A stretch of DNA of 64,000 nucleotides from an uncultured archaeon (GTDB lineage: Archaea; Asgardarchaeota; Lokiarchaeia; Sigyniarchaeales; SOKP01). The position numbers and the translations under genes were made by a program. The stretch lies in the NCBI GenBank assembly GCA_964508365.1, contig CAZDTP010000001.1:32001-96000 (forward strand). Reading direction: 5' to 3'. Positions 58,676-64,000 of this stretch are shown piece after piece. The notes under the pieces were generated by a model. That model was not told where the DNA came from. It was given only the letters and a program-made list of their open reading frames with translations, and did not search any database. Position 1 is the first letter of the stretch; every line of letters begins with the position of its first letter.

Positions 58676-60709
58676 TTGAATAAGAATGTTGAACTAAAAA
58701 AAAGGTATGGAACGTGCTCTAAAGATTGCTATGGCTCATGTGTATTTATAGGAGAATGGAACGATCAAGCTCCCGAGAAAAAACTTATAACCGCCAAACC
58801 TTTAAAGGAGCATCCGTTTACTAGTGGCTTTTTCTGCCCGAAATTAAATAACAGAGAAAAATTGTTATATCATTCCCAAAGAATTAAAAATCCTTTAATT
58901 CGGACTGGTGTTAAAGGTAAAAATTCCTTTACTTCAGTAGATCTTGAAGAAGCATTAAATATTATCTCATCTCAATTGACCACTGTTAAAGAAAAATATC
59001 ATCCTTCTTCCATTGTGGCAGCATATTATGCTGGAAATAGTGGTTTGATTTCTATGTATTCTCCTTTTAGATTCTTTCGTAAACTTGGAGCAACCATAAC
59101 AAGTGAAGGTACATGTAATGAAGCGGGATGCTTTGCGTTAGAAAGGATGTTCGGCAATTATTCTACAACAAACCCATTTCAAATAGCTAATCCCAATAAT
59201 CGTCTAATTGTGATATGGGGAAGTAATCTAACCGATCGAAATAATCACGCACAGGCCCTAGTTAAGAAAGCGCTCAAAAATGGTTCGAAACTAATCGTTG
59301 TGAACCCAGTAAGAACTAAGTTAGCAGAAAGTGCAGATTTAGTACTGCAACCTTTCCCAGGGAGTGATTTTCTGATTGCTAAATACATTTTAAATAGATT
59401 AATTACTTCAGAAGCATACGATAAAAACTTTTTAAGTCGATGCGTCAATAATTACGCCAATCTGATGGATGAAGTTGAAAAAATTGATGACGGTAAAATT
59501 TACCTTCAAACCGGTCTTAACCGTGAGGAGTTACACGAATTTTTAATCCTTCTTATCGAAAACAAGCAAAGAACTCTTTTTATAGTAGGCTTTGGTCCTC
59601 AGAAGTATTTTTACGGGGGAAGAAACCTAAACTCAATAGCTTTAATTCAAATTTTCCTTGGAAATTTTGGACATCAAGGATCTGGATTCATTTTTTCTCA
59701 AAGTGGCTTTAACCGAGGTTTTAAAGAACCACTTATCAATTACATAACAAATTCAGATGAAACTTCACAAAGTAGGAGGATTCCACTTATTAATCTCGGG
59801 TCTTCTTTACGTTCCAATCAATATAAAATGTTATTCGTATATAATCTTAATCCCGTGAGTTCTCTCCCAGATCAAAGCACTCTTGAAAAATCATTATTGA
59901 GAGAAGATCTGTATACCGTCGTGCTAGACATGTTTTTAAATGAGACAACTAAATTCGCAGATATTGTCATACCTGTAAAATTCGACCTTGAAACCGATGA
60001 TTTTATTACTCCCTATTTTATCCCTGGTATATCTATAAATCAAAGAGGACCTTGCCCATATCCGGAATGTAGTTCCAATTATGAATTTTTTCAACATTTA
60101 GCTGAAAAAATAGGATGGAATGATAATACTATTTTTCAAGAGACTCAAGAAGACATCTTTAAGAAGTGTTGTGGATTATTGCCTAAAGCTATTCAAGAGG
60201 ATCTCAGAACTAAGGGATATTATATCCCTTTCGACATGAATGATGTTCCTTTTAATAACTTAATATTTTCAACCTCAAATGGTAAAATTCAAATTCATCA
60301 AACCGATATCGAAATTTTTGACAAAAATTTTGACTTATTACTCAAGCGAAAGGAAGATGAATTCTACTTGCTTTCACAAGCACATAAATATTTCTTACAT
60401 TCTCAAATAGGTCAACTTCACGCAGAATACGCAAGTATTTTTGGAACTATTTATATAAATCCAATTGATGTTAAATCGCTTGGTTTAACTCCAGATCAAA
60501 AAGTATTAGTTTCAAATAAGTATGGCGAAACGAAATATACTTTAGGAGAGAATTCTAACTTAAAACCCGGTACAGCTTTAATTTACTCAGGATATCCTTT
60601 CGCTCACACAGATTACAAGAATGTTAATATTTTCACACCTGAAATGTCAGAGGAATCAGGACTTTCGGGAGCTTATTTCTCCACTATCGTTAGAATTACT
60701 AAAAAGTAA
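58676..60709 (+). CDS. Mo/W-bisPGD molybdopterin oxidoreductase (uncharacterised subfamily)
   Basis: TCSKDCYGSC..FFCPK Fe-S motif, GTCNEAG Cys ligand, VIWGSN, ADIVIP and C-terminal dinucleotide-binding domain. Confidence 0.88.
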   Translation: MNKNVELKKRYGTCSKDCYGSCVFIGEWNDQAPEKKLITAKPLKEHPFTSGFFCPKLNNREKLLYHSQRIKNPLIRTGVKGKNSFTSVDLEEALNIISSQLTTVKEKYHPSSIVAAYYAGNSGLISMYSPFRFFRKLGATITSEGTCNEAGCFALERMFGNYSTTNPFQIANPNNRLIVIWGSNLTDRNNHAQALVKKALKNGSKLIVVNPVRTKLAESADLVLQPFPGSDFLIAKYILNRLITSEAYDKNFLSRCVNNYANLMDEVEKIDDGKIYLQTGLNREELHEFLILLIENKQRTLFIVGFGPQKYFYGGRNLNSIALIQIFLGNFGHQGSGFIFSQSGFNRGFKEPLINYITNSDETSQSRRIPLINLGSSLRSNQYKMLFVYNLNPVSSLPDQSTLEKSLLREDLYTVVLDMFLNETTKFADIVIPVKFDLETDDFITPYFIPGISINQRGPCPYPECSSNYEFFQHLAEKIGWNDNTIFQETQEDIFKKCCGLLPKAIQEDLRTKGYYIPFDMNDVPFNNLIFSTSNGKIQIHQTDIEIFDKNFDLLLKRKEDEFYLLSQAHKYFLHSQIGQLHAEYASIFGTIYINPIDVKSLGLTPDQKVLVSNKYGETKYTLGENSNLKPGTALIYSGYPFAHTDYKNVNIFTPEMSEESGLSGAYFSTIVRITKK

Positions 60710-60756
60710 TGAGATTCATCATTATAATATAAAAAAACCAAAAGAAAATCAAAATT

Positions 60757-61695
60757 TTAACTTTGGAGATTTTTTAAGAAACTTGACATTTTTTCCGCTA
60801 TTTTAGTAGCGGCATCTACCTGCGTTTCCATAGTCTGCGATCCAATATGGGGTGTAAGAATCAAATTTCCCTTACATTGACTCAGTTCCATATCTTTTAG
60901 TGGTTCTTCTCTATAAACATCTAACGCTGCACCACCTATGTCTTTATTTTCTAAGGCTTTTATAAGAGCTTTTTCATCAATAAGCTTTCCTCTGGCAGTA
61001 TTAATTAAAATACTTTCTTTTTTCATCAATTTTATACTTTTCTCATTAACAATGTTCTCTGTTTGGGGAGTTGCGGGTAAATGTAATGAAATAATGTGAG
61101 AATCTTGGAGTAATGCCTCAATGGAAGAATAAATCTTACATCCGATATTTTTTGCTTCTTCCACAGCCTCTTGTCCTTTGCTAAATCGTGAAAATACTCC
61201 CACTTCCATGTCTAGAGCTACTGCTCTCTTAGCTAATTCTTTCGCTATGTTTCCAAATCCGATCAATCCAAGTTTCTTCCCTTTTAACGTATACCCCATG
61301 TAATGGTTTTTATTCCATTCTCCAAGATGCATGGTGCGATCAGCATTCGAAATGTGTCGAGCTAAGGTGAACATTAAACCTAACGCTAATTCTGCGACAG
61401 AAACAGAAGGCGCATCTGGCGTGTTTAAGACTTCTATGTTTAATTCTGCAGCTTTCTTTCTATCTACATTATCTAACCCTACTCCAGCTCTACCAATAGC
61501 TTTAAGATTTTTAGCGTTTTCCAAAACTTCCGCAGTTATTTTAGTTCGGGAGCGGATTATAATTCCATCGTAGTTACCAATTTCATTCTTAAGTTCATCG
61601 TTAGTTATCTCGAAATCCTTGACTACTTCAAACCCATTATCTTCAAGTACCTTAATGCCTTCGTCTTGAAGTTCATCACTAATTAAAATTTTCAT
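60757..61695 (-). CDS. serA: D-3-phosphoglycerate dehydrogenase-like 2-hydroxyacid dehydrogenase (no ACT domain)
   Basis: IRSRT, RAGVGLDNVD, GLIGFGNIA, INTARG, LDVYREEP and TPHIG. Confidence 0.8.
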   Translation of the reverse strand: MKILISDELQDEGIKVLEDNGFEVVKDFEITNDELKNEIGNYDGIIIRSRTKITAEVLENAKNLKAIGRAGVGLDNVDRKKAAELNIEVLNTPDAPSVSVAELALGLMFTLARHISNADRTMHLGEWNKNHYMGYTLKGKKLGLIGFGNIAKELAKRAVALDMEVGVFSRFSKGQEAVEEAKNIGCKIYSSIEALLQDSHIISLHLPATPQTENIVNEKSIKLMKKESILINTARGKLIDEKALIKALENKDIGGAALDVYREEPLKDMELSQCKGNLILTPHIGSQTMETQVDAATKIAEKMSSFLKNLQS

Positions 61696-61854
61696 ACAAT
61701 TCCCTTTTTATGATTTTAATTAAAAGAATAATATTTCTAATCAGCTAATATATAAAAGAATTTTCGGTGGTCTCAGTAAATCATTTTCTATTAGGTGTTT
61801 TATTCATAATAAAAAAAATGAAAAGACTAATTTCTTTTCTAATTATCACTAGTT

Positions 61855-62967
61855 TTAATTCAAATCGGATACGATATCTGTTAGAACACTCAACATTTCT
61901 TCAAGCATTTTTACTGTAATTTCACCCATGTGCCCAATACGGAATGTTTTGTTTTTCAAGTCCCCATAACCATTTACTATTCTATAACCGTTATCTAAAA
62001 GCGTTGAAACCATCTTTGCAATATCGATATTTAAAGAATTTTTCATAGTAGAGACAGTATCTGATTCGTATCCTTTTTCTGGAAACATTTCAAAATTAGT
62101 ATCTTTTGCCCATTTCCTTGTCCGTTTACCTAATTGTGCATGTCTTTCAAATCTATTTTCTAAACCTTCCTGATTCAAAATATAATCAATTTGAGCAGCT
62201 AAGGCTCTAATTTGAGGGATGGGTGGCGTATTTGGGGTTTCATGCTTCTGAGCTGCTTTTAGTAGTTCACTGAAATCAAAATAGTACCCTCTATTCTTAA
62301 CTTGTGGAACTTTTTCAATAGCTGCTTTAGATATGGAACACACTGCTAATCCTGGTGGGATTGTGAAAGCTTTTTGAACTGAAGCTAAGCATACATCTAT
62401 TCCTAATTTATCAACCTCAATTTTAATACCGGCCATGGAGGAAGTCGCATCAACGCATACGAGAGCCCCAGAATCTTTAATAATAGGAACAACTTCATCA
62501 ATTGGATTATAAACTCCTGTGGATGTTTCATTAGATTGAATGAAAACTACGGCGTATTTATCTTTGCTTAAAGCATCTTGGACAACTACCGGAGTAATAG
62601 CTTTACCCCATTCAACGCCCTCCTTTACCGAATTCTTCCCATTTGTGACACCAATTTTATACCATCGATCTCCAAACGCACCAATTGAAAGAAATAGAGC
62701 CTTTTCGTCGTTTTTGACCAAATTTCTTACGCAAGCTTCCATTAAGCCAGTGGCACTCGAAGTAGAAATTAAGCAAGTGTTAGAAGTGTACAAAATTTTT
62801 TTTAATCCTTCTTCAACAAGTTGATGCATCTCTGCGTATGGCTTTGACCTATGTGTGTCGTTTGGTTTCGCCATTTCTTTCAATATTCTCTCTGGGACGT
62901 CAACGGGTCCAGGAGTGAATAATTTTATTTGAGATCCTTTTTCTTTATTAAAATGAATTTCAGGCAT
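61855..62967 (-). CDS. Class V PLP aminotransferase (archaeal phosphoserine / serine-pyruvate aminotransferase-like)
   Basis: LFTPGP, NETSTG, VDATSS, SVQK (PLP Lys) and FRIGHMG. Confidence 0.9.
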   Translation of the reverse strand: MPEIHFNKEKGSQIKLFTPGPVDVPERILKEMAKPNDTHRSKPYAEMHQLVEEGLKKILYTSNTCLISTSSATGLMEACVRNLVKNDEKALFLSIGAFGDRWYKIGVTNGKNSVKEGVEWGKAITPVVVQDALSKDKYAVVFIQSNETSTGVYNPIDEVVPIIKDSGALVCVDATSSMAGIKIEVDKLGIDVCLASVQKAFTIPPGLAVCSISKAAIEKVPQVKNRGYYFDFSELLKAAQKHETPNTPPIPQIRALAAQIDYILNQEGLENRFERHAQLGKRTRKWAKDTNFEMFPEKGYESDTVSTMKNSLNIDIAKMVSTLLDNGYRIVNGYGDLKNKTFRIGHMGEITVKMLEEMLSVLTDIVSDLN

Positions 62968-63105
62968 ATTTTAACTAAAAACCTTGAATTAATTATTTTT
63001 TAAATTTTATATATTATGTATTAATAAAAGATTATGATATATTATTCATACTAAAACCTTAAGTTTAGGATAAAAAATTCTTGAGATTTTACTTTATGGT
63101 TTAAT

Positions 63106-63750
63106 CTAATTCTCCTCTAGGTAAGGAAAATCTAGTGGAATATTATCCATGATGTACCAAACAAGTTTTAAATTTCTAAAACTTTTTAGTGATAATCCAT
63201 ATTCACTTAAATATAACGCCGATCTTAATATCCCGTTGAGCGTCAAAATAGTCAAAAGAGTGACAAGATGAAATAAAAAACCTGTTTCCGCAAAAACAAT
63301 GGCGATAACAGTAAAAAGTACAGTAGTTGCGCCGATTACTATGTTTAAATACCGAAAATTAGGAGAATATACATCAATAATTAATCCCTTTAATAATCCA
63401 GCAAGTCCTATAAGAAAAATAGGCATGCCTAAGAGATATATACTAAAGCTCGTAGGTGTATTACGATGTGTGAGCAAAGCATTTATAAAAGTAATCGAGA
63501 AAATAATACTTGTTATTCCAAATGATAAATTTAAAACTCTAAATATAAAAATTAAATTTCTATCAAAAATACTCTTGTAAGCTCTATATGATCCATACAC
63601 TAGTAGAGAAAAAAACGGATACACTGCCAATGATATAAGAGCTAATGATATATTAAATATGATTATAGATAATACCATTGTTAATAGAACTACAGTTATA
63701 ATATCATCAACAAGTACTTTCTGTTTATTCAATAATGATCGAACTTTCAT
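63106..63750 (-). CDS. Hypothetical membrane protein (~6 TM)
   Basis: Repeated hydrophobic helices. Confidence 0.7.
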   Translation of the reverse strand: MKVRSLLNKQKVLVDDIITVVLLTMVLSIIIFNISLALISLAVYPFFSLLVYGSYRAYKSIFDRNLIFIFRVLNLSFGITSIIFSITFINALLTHRNTPTSFSIYLLGMPIFLIGLAGLLKGLIIDVYSPNFRYLNIVIGATTVLFTVIAIVFAETGFLFHLVTLLTILTLNGILRSALYLSEYGLSLKSFRNLKLVWYIMDNIPLDFPYLEEN

Positions 63751-63870
63751 AAATAACCATCAATAATTTTATTGATAAATAACTTTATATTTTTTATCAT
63801 TTAATTCGTTAATTCATTAAAAGCTAAAAATGAAACAATAATACAAAAAGGTTAAATTTTAAATAATTCT

Positions 63871-63999
63871 TTAGAAATAGAATGTTGTACCCACGCTTGG
63901 ATTAAACGCCTTGATTCTATTGTTACTAGATGCATTAGCCATTTCAATGAATTTTTCTCCGCTACAATGAATTGGAAAGAGATAAACCGTATTTTTGAA
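63871..63999 (-). CDS. 3' end of a probable MBL-fold metallo-hydrolase (truncated by the window)
   Basis: Hand translation FKNTVYLFPIHCSGEKF..NPSVGTTFYF*. PxHC(S/T)G..VG is typical of the C-termini of that family. Confidence 0.55.
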   Translation of the reverse strand, partial: FKNTVYLFPIHCSGEKFIEMANASSNNRIKAFNPSVGTTFYF

Positions 64000-64000
64000 C

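Noticed and set aside
1569-63580. The many 60-180 aa ORFs overlapping longer genes in another frame or on the opposite strand (e.g. 11973-12506, 47634-48056, 53095-53469, 62540-62824)
   Set aside because: These are shadow frames of well-supported genes and carry no family motifs.
1-64000. CRISPR array, rRNA or IS transposase
   Set aside because: No regularly spaced repeats, no long GC-rich structured RNA, and no transposase motifs or terminal inverted repeats were seen.
1-64000. Selenocysteine (UGA) read-through in redox enzymes
   Set aside because: The Mo-enzyme, GRE and Fe-S proteins have Cys at the ligand positions. TGA stops that I checked fall at natural domain ends, and I recognised no SECIS-like hairpin.

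Overview
AT-rich (~30% GC by eye) archaeal chromosomal window. It most resembles an Asgard archaeon (Lokiarchaeia/Promethearchaeota-like), inferred from LSm-L37e, PINA, tRNA-splicing endonuclease, SepF, roadblock, longin-like, LRR, 2TM and eukaryote-type ubiquitin-like genes. About 60 CDSs are mostly housekeeping or anaerobic organotrophy genes: 2-hydroxyacyl-CoA dehydratase pair, glycyl-radical enzyme, DUF35/thiolase-fold cluster, NadA, SerA/SerC-like and a Mo-bisPGD enzyme. Main things the ORF track does not show: (1) a tRNA-Leu(UAA) at 54679-54830 (-) with two BHB introns at non-canonical positions 21/22 and 59/60; (2) a free-standing double-motif LAGLIDADG gene directly downstream of that tRNA, bracketed by a 12-bp duplication of the tRNA 3' end; (3) an intact 83-codon eukaryote-type ubiquitin-like gene ending in GG at 26409-26660 (-), with no AUG/GUG/UUG start but an ACG correctly spaced behind a Shine-Dalgarno-like motif; (4) two pseudogene remnants. 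Other highlights: an EndA paralog lacking the catalytic Tyr/His (structural subunit), a CorA-like 2TM protein fused to an intact Nudix domain beside nadA, a roadblock gene coupled to a Cys-less E1-like enzyme, and an Ltp3/Ltp4-like aldolase cluster. No CRISPR array, rRNA or integrase was seen. All family calls come from motif recognition, not database searches.
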